A stretch of DNA of 64,000 nucleotides from Parcubacteria group bacterium (GCA_016204045.1 JACQLQ010000001.1:21515-85514); one strand, 5' to 3'; shown: positions 19,126-28,764, counted from the first letter of the stretch. The notes: generated by a model not told the origin, from the letters alone. Translations and numbers: made by a program.

Positions 19126-19626
19126 CTATACAGTTAAGTCGTTCTCGGACTTTATATCTACAGCATTCTGCAACACTCGTTCAAACACGGCCGCGGCAGT
19201 TCCAACAACGATAGCGATGAAGGCAGCGACAATGCCCAACACAACGGCACCCTCGGGGCCATCCTGGGCACCAAGTTCGGGATAAAGGCGTGCGTGTATC
19301 ATGAGGAAAGCATCTGCCGCGACGATTGCACCGGCAGTGATTAGTGCGCAGTATTTGATAATCCGCAAAGCTTTAACCGCGCTTCTCGAGAATGTTTTAT
19401 TTTGCCCTACATATCGAAGCACCTTGAATGCCTCCCAGAGGCCCACGAAAAATGGGATTGATCCTAAATACACATAGGCCAAGAAGGGGTCTTTGAAGTA
19501 AATCTCGAAGAGTGTTGCGTTAACATTCCTGCCCTCAAGGTGGGGTTCCCAAAGCAGAGCGACGAGAACACCGATGCCTAAAGCCACGACGACTACCTGA
19601 AGAAATACTGTTGAGCCTTTTTTCAT
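19126..19626 (-). CDS. DUF2975-family membrane protein (partner of YozG-like regulator)
   Basis: Four TM helices, 166 aa, and the conserved operon pairing with a short XRE regulator. Confidence 0.5.
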   Translation of the reverse strand: MKKGSTVFLQVVVVALGIGVLVALLWEPHLEGRNVNATLFEIYFKDPFLAYVYLGSIPFFVGLWEAFKVLRYVGQNKTFSRSAVKALRIIKYCALITAGAIVAADAFLMIHARLYPELGAQDGPEGAVVLGIVAAFIAIVVGTAAAVFERVLQNAVDIKSENDLTV

Positions 19627-19759
19627 GACTAATTCTTATACATTTTTAATAGTTCCATTGTAATTTACCGCTTATCGTATGTCAATATATATTTATCGTT
19701 ATTTGTAACTTGGTGTGAGTGGGCGACTCAAGATTACAAAAATTTGCTACAATAATCCC

Positions 19760-20140
19760 ATGTCTAAAAAAACAACCTTAATTATTTTCTCTGTAGTTGG
19801 ACTTGTCGTCATTGGCTCATTGTATTTCGGAGTCTCTGCGTACAAGACGCCAGGCAAGCTTGATGCGTTTGCGATGTGTCTCGAAGAAAAGGGGGCTATG
19901 TTTTACGGCGCGTTCTGGTGCCCGCACTGTCAGAACCAAAAGGCAATGTTCGGCAAATCGGCCAAACTCCTCCCCTACACAGAGTGTTCTACTCCAGACG
20001 GACGGAGCCAGACCGCTCTTTGCAAGGAGCGCGGCATAGTCTCATACCCGACATGGGTGTTTGCTGACGAGAGCCGAGAATCTGGTGAGGTGTCGTTGCA
20101 AAAGCTCTCCGAAAAAACGCTCTGCGCACTACCCCAGTAA
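19760..20140 (+). CDS. Thioredoxin-fold thiol-disulfide oxidoreductase (DsbA/BdbD-like), membrane anchored
   Basis: N-terminal TM helix, the WCPHC active site and a cis-Pro motif SYPTW. Start moved to MSKKTTL. Confidence 0.65.
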   Translation: MSKKTTLIIFSVVGLVVIGSLYFGVSAYKTPGKLDAFAMCLEEKGAMFYGAFWCPHCQNQKAMFGKSAKLLPYTECSTPDGRSQTALCKERGIVSYPTWVFADESRESGEVSLQKLSEKTLCALPQ

Positions 20141-20143
20141 ACC

Positions 20144-20695
20144 ATGGACTTTTCCTCACTCTTTAACCAAGCGATGGCGCTTTCTACCATGGGAGCGCAC
20201 GTTGGTATTGTGGCGATCGTACTCGCGGCAACACTCTTCCGCGAACAGTCGCGACCACTCCTCTCGTGGCTCGGCAAACACGCCTTGTGGCTTATTCTCT
20301 TTGTCACACTAGGCAGCGTTGTCGGGAGTCTCATCTACTCCGAAGTCGTTGGGTACCCGGCCTGCTCTCTGTGTTGGTGGGGAAGAATCTTCCTCTACCC
20401 ACAACTGGTCATTGTCGGGGTGGCGCTCTGGAAGAAGCGTCACGACGTGGACGTGTACCTCTGGCCGCTCACTGTGCTCGGCGCCATCGTGGCCCTCTAC
20501 AATGTGTACATTCAGTATGGCGGCAAGGAGTTCTTCGCTTGTGCAAGCACTGAGGTCTCGTGCGCCCAGCGTTTTGTCTTCGAATTTGGCTACATTACTA
20601 TTCCCATGATGGCGCTCACTTCTTTCGCCCTCATCGCTCTATTGTTGTGGCTTCAGAAGGATGGGGGGGAATCAGAACACAACGCACATCACTAA
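20144..20695 (+). CDS. Disulfide bond formation protein DsbB/BdbC-like
   Basis: Four TM helices, the GYPACSLCWWGR motif and a second Cys pair (CASTEVSC). It is translationally coupled to the thioredoxin-like gene. Confidence 0.65.
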   Translation: MDFSSLFNQAMALSTMGAHVGIVAIVLAATLFREQSRPLLSWLGKHALWLILFVTLGSVVGSLIYSEVVGYPACSLCWWGRIFLYPQLVIVGVALWKKRHDVDVYLWPLTVLGAIVALYNVYIQYGGKEFFACASTEVSCAQRFVFEFGYITIPMMALTSFALIALLLWLQKDGGESEHNAHH

Positions 20696-20761
20696 AAAAG
20701 ACACCGTGGGTGTCTTGCTGTCGTAGGTATCCTCAAAAAACGAAAGGGTGCAATTACTGTG

Positions 20762-20983
20762 TTATCTCTTTTTTCCTGCCAAGGAGATACTTGGGCCACC
20801 AACTAGCTTTGGTAACGAACGATTCTTTATCGCCAAATACATAGCATAGACCATTGCTAGGTCTGAAAAAAGCACGAGGACAAGGACCACCATACCAAGC
20901 TGTGCCGACACCGCACTCCAAATGCCCCAGATGATAATCGGCGATACAAGCAGTAGGAACACCATAGATGCGACCTCGAACAT
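20762..20983 (-). CDS. Hypothetical small membrane protein
   Basis: 73 aa with two hydrophobic helices. An alternative overlapping frame (20754..21002) cannot be excluded. Confidence 0.25.
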   Translation of the reverse strand: MFEVASMVFLLLVSPIIIWGIWSAVSAQLGMVVLVLVLFSDLAMVYAMYLAIKNRSLPKLVGGPSISLAGKKR

Positions 20984-21020
20984 GGGCGTCTTTCCTGTCC
21001 AACCCTAGACTGCCGACAGT

Positions 21021-21048
21021 TTAACAAAAAAGTAAAGTGTAGTAAAAT
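21021..21048 (+). promoter_or_regulatory. Putative sigma70-type promoter for the pilin gene
   Basis: TTAACA, a 16-nt spacer, then TAAAAT about 30 nt upstream of the ATG at 21079. Confidence 0.3.
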
Positions 21049-21078
21049 ATAAAGACTACCAACCTCGTCTCACTTATC

Positions 21079-21492
21079 ATGCACACATACAAAGGATTCA
21101 CTATATTAGAGCTTCTGGTCGTTCTCGCGGTTATTGGTATGCTTATGTCAGTGGTTATCGTCTCAATGAGCGGCGTCAAAGAAAAGGGACGCGACGCGAC
21201 GCGCATGCAACACCTGCAGGAAGTACAAAACGCGCTTAACCTCTACTACACCAACCACTCGAAGTTCCCTGTTTTCGCAAGCGCGACCACAATTACGGGC
21301 GACGACGCGTTCTCTGTTGTGCTCGAGGGTGAGCTGGTCATTAGCGAGGTGCCACCAGACCCACAACACCCCGTCCGCACGTACACGTATCAGTCAAACG
21401 CATCTGGGTCAGATTACACACTCACCTTCTGTCTTGAAACAAATTCAATTAAGGGATACAGCATGGGGTGTGCAAACACCAAGAAACCGTAA
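21079..21492 (+). CDS. Type IV prepilin (N-terminal methylation motif)
   Basis: KGFTILELLVVLAVIGMLMSVVIV is a class III signal peptide (G/F cleavage, E+5). Confidence 0.8.
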   Translation: MHTYKGFTILELLVVLAVIGMLMSVVIVSMSGVKEKGRDATRMQHLQEVQNALNLYYTNHSKFPVFASATTITGDDAFSVVLEGELVISEVPPDPQHPVRTYTYQSNASGSDYTLTFCLETNSIKGYSMGCANTKKP

Positions 21493-21525
21493 GAGAAATT
21501 TCTAAGTCTTAATTGCTACTATCTA

Positions 21526-22023
21526 ATGGGTACTCCTCAAGCACAAAAAGGCACTGACGCGGGGCCCGTGCTTTCATGGACCGCGGACGAATACCCCCAC
21601 CGTGAACAAGGTATTGAGTGGTACGGGATACTCGCCCTCATTTTCATCTCGCTCATTGGCGGGACAATCTTCTTTGGTAACTACCTTCTCGCGGCGCTCA
21701 TCGCTGTAGCGGCGTTTGCGTTATTCGTTCAATCGTTTCGGGCGCCGCAGAAAATACGTTTAGAGATTTCTTCAGAGGGTATTTCTCTAGACAAAGAGTT
21801 GTTCCCCTACGAAACACTTGTGTCCTTCTGGATTGCAAAGGGAAACGGGGAAAACCCAAAACTCATTGTCGACGCGAGGCGGCTCTTCTTGCCCCATTTG
21901 GTTATCCCTCTGGGAACCACAGACGCAGAGGAGGTTCGCGAGTTTCTAAGCGAGTATCTCGAAGAGTCTGACGAGGAACACGAGCCCATATCTCACGCAA
22001 TTATGGAAAAGCTGGGGTTTTAG
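21526..22023 (+). CDS. Hypothetical membrane protein (2 TM, acidic C-terminus)
   Basis: The ORF lies immediately downstream of the pilin gene; no recognisable motif. Confidence 0.35.
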   Translation: MGTPQAQKGTDAGPVLSWTADEYPHREQGIEWYGILALIFISLIGGTIFFGNYLLAALIAVAAFALFVQSFRAPQKIRLEISSEGISLDKELFPYETLVSFWIAKGNGENPKLIVDARRLFLPHLVIPLGTTDAEEVREFLSEYLEESDEEHEPISHAIMEKLGF

Positions 22024-22034
22024 TTGATTCTGGC

Positions 22035-22592
22035 TCAACACGATAATACATAGAGCGTCACCGGAAAAATCCTCATCCACTTTTTAGATTCCACATTCTG
22101 GAAACTCATCAACTGAAAGAGGTCTCTCCACCCACTTTCACTTCGATAGAAAAACGTACTTGGTACACCGTGCGGACTATTGGCGATAACATCCCAGATT
22201 GCATTCAGCCACCACCAGAATGCATTTGGTGGAGTTACCTCGACAATGAGAACTTGTTTTTTTGTGACGCGACGCACTTCTCTCAAGAGCACCTCTTGAT
22301 CTTTGAATGTTTTTAAATGATGAAGGACGAGCACCAAGAGTGTCGTATCGAAATGCTTATCGGGAAATGGAATTGTATTGCCATCAAAAAGTTGTAGTGG
22401 TAGTGGCACCGTGTGATAGTCGGTAACATCGAGGAGGGTAAACGAAGCACCCGTTATTTTTTGAAGTTCGTACGCGAGCATCCCTGACCCAGCGCCGATA
22501 TCAGCAGCTGTCTCGCCTTGGTGAAAATAGGGGGAAAGTTTCTTTGCATCATTCCTCCTTGGTCTGAGGTTGGGTAAAAGATGCTGGAACAT
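22035..22592 (-). CDS. Class I SAM-dependent methyltransferase
   Basis: Motif I AADIGAGSGMLAYEL and an acidic motif II (LLDVTDY). Confidence 0.65.
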   Translation of the reverse strand: MFQHLLPNLRPRRNDAKKLSPYFHQGETAADIGAGSGMLAYELQKITGASFTLLDVTDYHTVPLPLQLFDGNTIPFPDKHFDTTLLVLVLHHLKTFKDQEVLLREVRRVTKKQVLIVEVTPPNAFWWWLNAIWDVIANSPHGVPSTFFYRSESGWRDLFQLMSFQNVESKKWMRIFPVTLYVLSC

Positions 22593-22693
22593 ATTGGTCC
22601 GATGCTAATCCTTAAAAGTATACAGGAGAGGGGTTGTGTCGTGTAGGTGGGCGTGCTACTGTTTCCCCAGATTACCGCCGGAACGAGGCAACC

Positions 22694-22966
22694 ATGTCAC
22701 AAAAGACGCAGGGTTATGTGCAAGCATTTTTTGATATTGAACGCATGTTTTTCAAGCGCGCGTTCAAGGTGAAACCCATTTTCGGTTATGGAGTCCTCGT
22801 GATAATGTTCGCGCAAATGTTTCTTATGTACCCCTCCAATCCCCTTACGCCCTTGTGGAGTGCTTCATGGTGGATGATTTCTCTCGTAACGGTGTTCCTT
22901 TGGTTTGTGCTCTTGCCAGCCGCAATGTATCGCCTGAACCCAAAGCTTTTTGAGGAAATGTTATAA
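22694..22966 (+). CDS. Hypothetical membrane protein
   Basis: Two or three TM helices; I chose the MSQKTQ start. Confidence 0.3.
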   Translation: MSQKTQGYVQAFFDIERMFFKRAFKVKPIFGYGVLVIMFAQMFLMYPSNPLTPLWSASWWMISLVTVFLWFVLLPAAMYRLNPKLFEEML

Positions 22967-23095
22967 ACCAATTGAAAAAGGTACGCATATGCCGGACTAC
23001 TCCGGCTTTTTTAGTGTTTAAACTTGCAGCGTCATACTAAAAAACCGCCCGATGAGATTCGTGCGGAATACATGACCTTACCCTGGAGGGTTATA

Positions 23096-23683
23096 CTACA
23101 AGCGTGCGTCGGCAAATTTCTTCAGGCGAAAAAATAACTCGGCCTGTGCTGCGGCATCGTCAACTGGGTCGTGCGAATGCGGAGTGTTGGGGACTCCTAG
23201 CGCCTTGCACACATTTGTCCTCGACACTTCTCCAAACGTCGCGGCTTTCATGACAGCCATGGCGTACGTCTTGATGTCGATACCATCGTGGCCAAACGGA
23301 GGATCACCAACGAATGCTACGTAGTACCAGTATAGAAATGTGAAATCGATTGGTAGAGGCCACCCTAGAAGCTTTGGTGGGCCAGGTAATGTGTCGAGCC
23401 AATTGGCGAATTGGAGCATCCCATCTTTTGGTGAAACAGCGTCTGTCGTTAGCGCCTTCCACATATCGGGAAACTTGCTCCACCACTCCATCGTCACCTC
23501 TTCTCGGCTAGCGCCGGGGAGTTCTTCCAAGTGGACCTTGAACCGCGAGATCTCGTCACCCGCGTGCGTGTAGGCAACGGCGCCAAGCGCAATCATGGAA
23601 TGGGGTCCCGGGATACGTCCCGTGAATTCTCCGTCGACACTCACGAGAACTTCGGGTGTCTTAGCCCTCTTGGCCATGGTCAT
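23096..23683 (-). CDS. DEDD-type 3'-5' exonuclease-like protein
   Basis: Exo motifs VSVDGEFTG (D-x-E), FGHDGIDIKTY and HSHDPVDDAAAQAELF (H-x4-D). I moved the start to MTMAKRAK because the ORF N-terminus overlaps the tRNA. Confidence 0.45.
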   Translation of the reverse strand: MTMAKRAKTPEVLVSVDGEFTGRIPGPHSMIALGAVAYTHAGDEISRFKVHLEELPGASREEVTMEWWSKFPDMWKALTTDAVSPKDGMLQFANWLDTLPGPPKLLGWPLPIDFTFLYWYYVAFVGDPPFGHDGIDIKTYAMAVMKAATFGEVSRTNVCKALGVPNTPHSHDPVDDAAAQAELFFRLKKFADARL

Positions 23684-23760
23684 GCCCACAACATCACTGT
23701 CTGATGAGAATGATGCCAGGAATGCTGTGGCTTCACAAGCGTTTGCTTTAGACTCTGTAT

Positions 23761-23835
23761 TGGTGCCCTCGAGAGGAATCGAACCTCTATCACGGGATCC
23801 GCAATCCCGTGTCCTATCCGTTGAACGACGAGGGC
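23761..23835 (-). tRNA. tRNA-Arg(GCG): tRNA-Arg (anticodon read as GCG), CCA encoded
   Basis: Manual fold: acceptor GCCCTCG/CGAGGGC, D arm GTTCAACGGATAGGAC, anticodon stem CGGGA/TCCCG with loop TTGCGGA, T arm AGAGGTTCGATTCCTCT, ACCA. The anticodon is unusual for bacteria and needs tRNAscan confirmation. Confidence 0.6.
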
Positions 23836-23858
23836 AATGTAAAAACACTATACCACGA

Positions 23859-24536
23859 ATGCGGCACTTTGCCATTTATGCTCTGTTTGCTACTATCCGC
23901 GATAGAACAAGGGGTGTATACATCGTGGCACTCATCATCGGACTCGTCGGGAAGCCCAAGCGCGGCAAGGGTACATGCACAAAGATAATTACGGGAATAC
24001 TCAAAGAATACGATGTGGGGATACGGGCAAGAACACTCACATTCTCTGCTGACCTCTTGGCTCCAGAGCTCGTAAGACGTGCTCTGCCGCTCTCCAGAGA
24101 AAACATGCAGAGACTTGCGCAAGAGTGGGTGACAACCGAAGGCGCGGGGGCTTTGAGTCGGCGGATGAAAATCCTCATCGAAAGTGAGAGTCTGGCCGGG
24201 GTTCATGTCATCTTTGTCGACGGAGTGCGTTGGTTTTCAGACAGAGACTTGATTCGCTCGTTTCCTCTCAACTTCCTTTTGTATGTGTACTGCTCTCCGG
24301 AAGCGGCATATAAACGTTCGAAAGAGCAAAACGATAAGGCGGGAGATCAGACGATGTCCTTCGAAGAATTTATGCGCCTCGATGGAGCATTGAACGAGCG
24401 CTCCATTTCCGAAATTGGACGAGGTGCAGATTTTGTCATCGACAACGAAGTTGGTGATAGAGAAGGAGAGCTCCTCCGAGCAAAAATCGAGCACAATGTT
24501 ATCCCCAAAGTTCTTGCGCGACTGGGCATCTCCTAA
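23859..24536 (+). CDS. P-loop NTPase, nucleotide/nucleoside-kinase-like (AAA/cytidylate-kinase-like fold)
   Basis: Walker A-like IIGLVGKPKRGKGTCTKII. Start chosen at MRHFAIY, downstream of the divergent tRNA. Confidence 0.35.
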   Translation: MRHFAIYALFATIRDRTRGVYIVALIIGLVGKPKRGKGTCTKIITGILKEYDVGIRARTLTFSADLLAPELVRRALPLSRENMQRLAQEWVTTEGAGALSRRMKILIESESLAGVHVIFVDGVRWFSDRDLIRSFPLNFLLYVYCSPEAAYKRSKEQNDKAGDQTMSFEEFMRLDGALNERSISEIGRGADFVIDNEVGDREGELLRAKIEHNVIPKVLARLGIS

Positions 24537-24613
24537 ACGCAAAACCCCAATCGCTTTCCGCCAACTGGCGGAGCGACTGGGGTTTTTAATTCACACAAAG
24601 ACGCGACGAGGGG

Positions 24614-24877
24614 TTATTGTATCTTTTTCACTAAAGCGACGAGGCGCGACTTCTTCCGTGCGGCGTTATTTTTCTTGATAACTCCGCGCTTTGCTGCCTT
24701 GTCTATGGCTTTGTAGGCTTCGGACAAAAGCTTCTTGGCTTCTGGCGCATTTTTAGCCTCTGCGGCCTTGCGAATACTCTTCAAAACATCCTTCATCGCT
24801 CGGCGACGACGGTCGTTAAAGACACGTTTCCTCTCTGAAACTCGAACGGCCTTTTTGGCTCCACGTGTAATTGGCAT
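24614..24877 (-). CDS. rpsT: 30S ribosomal protein S20
   Basis: MPITRGAKKAVRVSERKRVFNDRRRRAMKDVLK matches S20. Start moved to MPITRG. Confidence 0.85.
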   Translation of the reverse strand: MPITRGAKKAVRVSERKRVFNDRRRRAMKDVLKSIRKAAEAKNAPEAKKLLSEAYKAIDKAAKRGVIKKNNAARKKSRLVALVKKIQ

Positions 24878-25032
24878 GTTTCGCAGTATAAAGCATCGGG
24901 GCGAATGTATCAAGTCTCCCGACATTTTGGGGTGCGTTGGGCGGCTTTCAGGGACGTAACGATTGTCTCCAATGGTTGACAAAAATGGTTTTATGTTTAC
25001 TCTTTCATAAGACACCAGGGTTGTGGATTTGA

Positions 25033-25650
25033 GTGGCGATGACGCTTACGGGACCCGATCAGCGCACGGTGCAAATATACAACAGAGACGCCCTCGCAGG
25101 CAGAATGCATGACCCAGTTTGGGCAGACCCGTTCAGCCGTGGCGCCTTTGGCTCCCTCCCACAGAACCACCTTGTCGTTGATGTGGGGTGCGGATACGGA
25201 AGGATGGTCGACATTCTCGACGACCTCGGTATTGAGAGATATCTCGGTGTTGACCCCGCAGAAGAACAGATCAATCTGGCTCGGCGGCTTCATGCCGACT
25301 CTCCTCTTCGCACATTCGAGGTGGGCAACATATACGAGCTTGGAGAAAAGTACCCAGGACGATTTGACGGCTTCATGCTTATGGCTGTGCTCATGCACAT
25401 TCCCGCCCCAAGACTCGAAGAGGCTTTTCGTTCGTTGCGCAAAGCACTCAAAGTACCAGGAACAGGAATGTTCTCAACACCTTTTAGCACAGACCGAGAG
25501 GAAGGAGAGGTGGTTGAGGTTGAGCCGGGCTTCTTCCTCACCCTGCACAACCCGGACACCATTAGGGACATCTTGCTCCGCTCTGGTTTTTCTACTGGGC
25601 ATCCTTTGCGCTCGGGAAATATGCTCCTCGGCTCCATAGAGACCTGCTAA
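25033..25650 (+). CDS. Class I SAM-dependent methyltransferase
   Basis: Motif I VVDVGCGYGRMV and motif II-like GFMLMAVLMHIP. Confidence 0.6.
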   Translation: MAMTLTGPDQRTVQIYNRDALAGRMHDPVWADPFSRGAFGSLPQNHLVVDVGCGYGRMVDILDDLGIERYLGVDPAEEQINLARRLHADSPLRTFEVGNIYELGEKYPGRFDGFMLMAVLMHIPAPRLEEAFRSLRKALKVPGTGMFSTPFSTDREEGEVVEVEPGFFLTLHNPDTIRDILLRSGFSTGHPLRSGNMLLGSIETC

Positions 25651-25727
25651 ATTCGACGTCGCACATTGCTCTGTGTGGCGTTTTTTGTTGCGTAAACAAG
25701 CTATCTTCACTGTGCTAATATTAATGC

Positions 25728-26300
25728 ATGATTATTCGTCTTGCAGGCATGATATACGCCAAGGGGCATAACTACGCCGTCATTGAAGCCAATGATATTG
25801 GATACAAGGTGCACGTAACGCCCGAGATGCTTTCGAGAATGGCGGAGCGCGAACGCGCAACACTCTGGACACATCAGGTGGTCCGCGAAGACTCGACGGA
25901 ACTGTTCGGATTCGAGACACGCCCGGAGCTCGAGTTTTTTGAAATGCTGATTGGTATTTCGGGCATTGGTCCTCGTTCCGCCATTGCCATCCTCTCCCTC
26001 GCTCCCGTTACGACGCTCAAGCGCGCCATTGCTGGAGAAGACACCACGTATCTGACAAAAGTCTCTGGAATTGGTAAGAAAACCGCCGCAAAGATAGTTT
26101 TGGAGCTCAAAGAAAAGATTGTCCTTGAGGATGGAGAAGAGGTGGGGAACACCCGTAGCGAGGAAGGAGAGGTTCTCGAAGCTTTGGTCTCCCTCGGATA
26201 CCAATTGCGAGACGCGAGAGAGGCACTAAAAAAGGTTGGCTCGGAAACACTTGGGACAAACGAGAAGATTAAAGAAGCGCTCAAGGTTCTGACGCACTAG
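25728..26300 (+). CDS. ruvA: Holliday junction DNA helicase RuvA
   Basis: Typical RuvA start MIIRLAGMIY...AVIEANDIGYKVHV, followed by FETRPELEFFEMLIGISGIGPRSAIAILS (HhH). Confidence 0.85.
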   Translation: MIIRLAGMIYAKGHNYAVIEANDIGYKVHVTPEMLSRMAERERATLWTHQVVREDSTELFGFETRPELEFFEMLIGISGIGPRSAIAILSLAPVTTLKRAIAGEDTTYLTKVSGIGKKTAAKIVLELKEKIVLEDGEEVGNTRSEEGEVLEALVSLGYQLRDAREALKKVGSETLGTNEKIKEALKVLTH

Positions 26301-26307
26301 GGCACGT

Positions 26308-27615
26308 ATGGACACGATTCTCTTTCAATTAAAAAAACTTATACCACAAAAGCTGTTTTCCATATTACAGCCCATCTATCACTATGCGCTTGCGCTCTTC
26401 GGGGCGCTTGTATACCGTTTCCCTTCACGAAAAATAATTGTCGTGGGTGTCACTGGCACCAAGGGTAAGACGAGTGTCATTGAGCTTACCAACGCACTCC
26501 TTGAACACGCGGGGTACAAGACTGCCCTTCTTAACACCGTGCGTTACAAGATTGATGACGAGTCATACGACAACAAATTCAAAATGACGATGCCTGGTCG
26601 CCTGTTCGTCCAATCACTTTTGCGCAAGGCAGTACAAAAAAAGTGCCAGTATGCGCTCATCGAAATGACCTCCGAGGGTGCGCGACAATATCGCCACAAG
26701 TTCATAGCTATGGATGCCCTCATCTTCACGAACCTTGCGCCGGAACACATCGAGTCGCATGGCTCGTACGAAAAGTATCGCGAAGCAAAGTTGAGCATTG
26801 CCAAAGCGCTTGCGGCATCCAAAAAGGCGCGCACGATTATGGTCGCCAACAAAGACGATAACGAGGGTGGGCGCTTTCTTAACGTCTCTGTAAAAGAAAA
26901 GTACCCCTACGCACTCCCGGATGCCGAGCCGTACGAGATTTCGCAAGATGAAATGTGGTTTACGTTTGGAGGTGCGCGCATTCAAACGCGCCTGCGGGGA
27001 CGTTTTAATCTCTACAACATTCTCGCCGCACTTACATTCGCCAAAAGCCAAAATGTGAGTACTGAAGTGATGAAGCGCGCGATTGAATCGTTTAACGGAA
27101 TCCCCGGGCGCATGGAGTCCATTACCCTTCCCTCAACAAGCCCTCTACGGAGTAAGCAGGACTTCGTGGTTGTTGTGGACTACGCGCATACTCCCGACTC
27201 GCTCGCTAAGGTCTATGATGTCTTCCAGCACTCAAGAAAAATCTGTGTTTTGGGCGCAACGGGGGGCGGAAGAGACCGATGGAAAAGGAAGGAGATGGGG
27301 CGCATAGCAGGCGATCAGTGCACGCACGTAATCCTGACAAACGAAGACCCGTACGACGAAAACCCGCGCGACATTGTTGAGGATGTCGCGAGCGGCATGA
27401 CCCAGCCAATTTATCGCATTATCATGGACCGTCGAGAGGCAATTAGGGAGGCCCTCAAAGAAGCCGAGACGAGCGACACGGTCATCATCACCGGGAAGGG
27501 CACAGACCCCTACATTATGGGACCCAATAATACAAAGCTCCCGTGGAGCGATGCTCGCGTGGCGCGAGAAGAATTAGAGCGCGTGTTACAATCAAGAGTA
27601 TCAGTAAAACAATGA
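26308..27615 (+). CDS. murE: Mur ligase, UDP-N-acetylmuramoyl-tripeptide synthetase (MurE-like)
   Basis: ATP-binding VVGVTGTKGKTS and DYAHTPDSL motifs, with a Mur ligase middle and C-terminal domain. Confidence 0.7.
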   Translation: MDTILFQLKKLIPQKLFSILQPIYHYALALFGALVYRFPSRKIIVVGVTGTKGKTSVIELTNALLEHAGYKTALLNTVRYKIDDESYDNKFKMTMPGRLFVQSLLRKAVQKKCQYALIEMTSEGARQYRHKFIAMDALIFTNLAPEHIESHGSYEKYREAKLSIAKALAASKKARTIMVANKDDNEGGRFLNVSVKEKYPYALPDAEPYEISQDEMWFTFGGARIQTRLRGRFNLYNILAALTFAKSQNVSTEVMKRAIESFNGIPGRMESITLPSTSPLRSKQDFVVVVDYAHTPDSLAKVYDVFQHSRKICVLGATGGGRDRWKRKEMGRIAGDQCTHVILTNEDPYDENPRDIVEDVASGMTQPIYRIIMDRREAIREALKEAETSDTVIITGKGTDPYIMGPNNTKLPWSDARVAREELERVLQSRVSVKQ

Positions 27616-27639
27616 GCGTAGCGATTATGTTTTACTAGA

Positions 27640-27755
27640 CCAGAGCACATACAATCATGCATCATGTATACTTGATTAAGAATCAGCGTTGGCAAACTGT
27701 TCGTAGACTAAAAGAAAAGCTCCGACGCAGTCCTGCATGATTGTATGTGCTCGGT
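27640..27755. repeat. Long-range perfect 19-bp inverted repeat (gagcacatacaatcatgca / tgcatgattgtatgtgctc) with 72-nt AT-rich loop
   Basis: The arms at 27643-27661 and 27734-27752 are exact reverse complements. The element lies between murE and the next gene. Confidence 0.6.
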
Positions 27756-27795
27756 GCACAAATTTTTTACTCGTTAATACTCGTTAAAATTTGGC

Positions 27796-28764
27796 ATGGA
27801 AGTCTTACGTTGGGCACTTGTTGGTTTGGGGATTATCTTTGCAGTCTGGTATTTTGGTGGTGGGCAGGGACGCAGCTCTAGCTTTAGCGGACCTTTCTTA
27901 AACCCACCCGCTCCGATTAGTACCGGGGATGCATATGGACCCAGTGGGAGTGATTTCTTCTATTCCGGAAATACAAATACTGGAAACACTGGTTCACAAA
28001 CTCAAGAAAAGCCGCCGTACATACAAGAGGTTATAAAGATACTTCGCGAAAAGGGAGAAACGGAAGAGACTATCAATGGCGCAACGAAAACCTCTATTTT
28101 TGGGGACAGGGTTTCTTTCGAGAATGCATATAACACGCGTGAGACCGACCCGCAAAAAGAGTACATTTTAATTCGTGCCTCGTATCAAAACGCGGAACCC
28201 ATCATCATCACTGGTTGGCAAATAAAAAGCCTTCTCACTGGAAACTCGGTAGTTATTGGATCTGGAACCTATTTGCCCGATCAATACACCATTACCACAG
28301 CGCAAGCAATCGCGCTTTCTCCGGGGGGGGCCGCGGCGCTTGTCACTGGTCGCTCCCCTCTTGGCGCCTCATTCCGCAGTAATATCTGCACCGGCTATTA
28401 CGAATACCTCCAAGATTTTGTACCCCCACTCCCAATCGAATGCCCATTGCCGGAGGATGATTTCCAATATGCAGGAACGACAAGTGATGGGCAGTGTCTT
28501 GATTACCTCGAGTCATTGAACCAATGCCAGCCGCACTTACAAGCGATTCCCCTCTCGCTCACCAATAACGCGCGGTGTCAGGAGTTCATTTCACAATATG
28601 TGAATTACAGCGGGTGTGTTTCCCTTCATAAAAACGAGCCTGGATTCTACAAGAACGGGTGGCGCATCTACTTCAGCCGTGGCCAGGAGTTGTGGCGAGA
28701 TAAGCGCGAAGTGCTCGTGCTCTACGATCGAGAGGGTAGAATAGTGGACTCAATTACTCCATAG
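27796..28764 (+). CDS. Hypothetical secreted/anchored protein, Cys-rich C-terminal half
   Basis: An N-terminal TM or signal helix, a Gly/Ser/Thr-rich linker, and about 8 Cys in the C-terminal 130 aa. Confidence 0.4.
   Translation: MEVLRWALVGLGIIFAVWYFGGGQGRSSSFSGPFLNPPAPISTGDAYGPSGSDFFYSGNTNTGNTGSQTQEKPPYIQEVIKILREKGETEETINGATKTSIFGDRVSFENAYNTRETDPQKEYILIRASYQNAEPIIITGWQIKSLLTGNSVVIGSGTYLPDQYTITTAQAIALSPGGAAALVTGRSPLGASFRSNICTGYYEYLQDFVPPLPIECPLPEDDFQYAGTTSDGQCLDYLESLNQCQPHLQAIPLSLTNNARCQEFISQYVNYSGCVSLHKNEPGFYKNGWRIYFSRGQELWRDKREVLVLYDREGRIVDSITP

Noticed and set aside
20754-21002. 82-aa minus-strand ORF overlapping the 73-aa ORF
   Set aside because: It is an alternative frame of the same locus and is less hydrophobic or coherent; neither ORF can be confirmed, so only the membrane-like frame is listed, at low confidence.
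23684-23875. 5' extension of the exonuclease ORF
   Set aside because: It overlaps the tRNA-Arg gene and is Arg/Ser-rich junk; the start was reassigned to MTMAKRAK.
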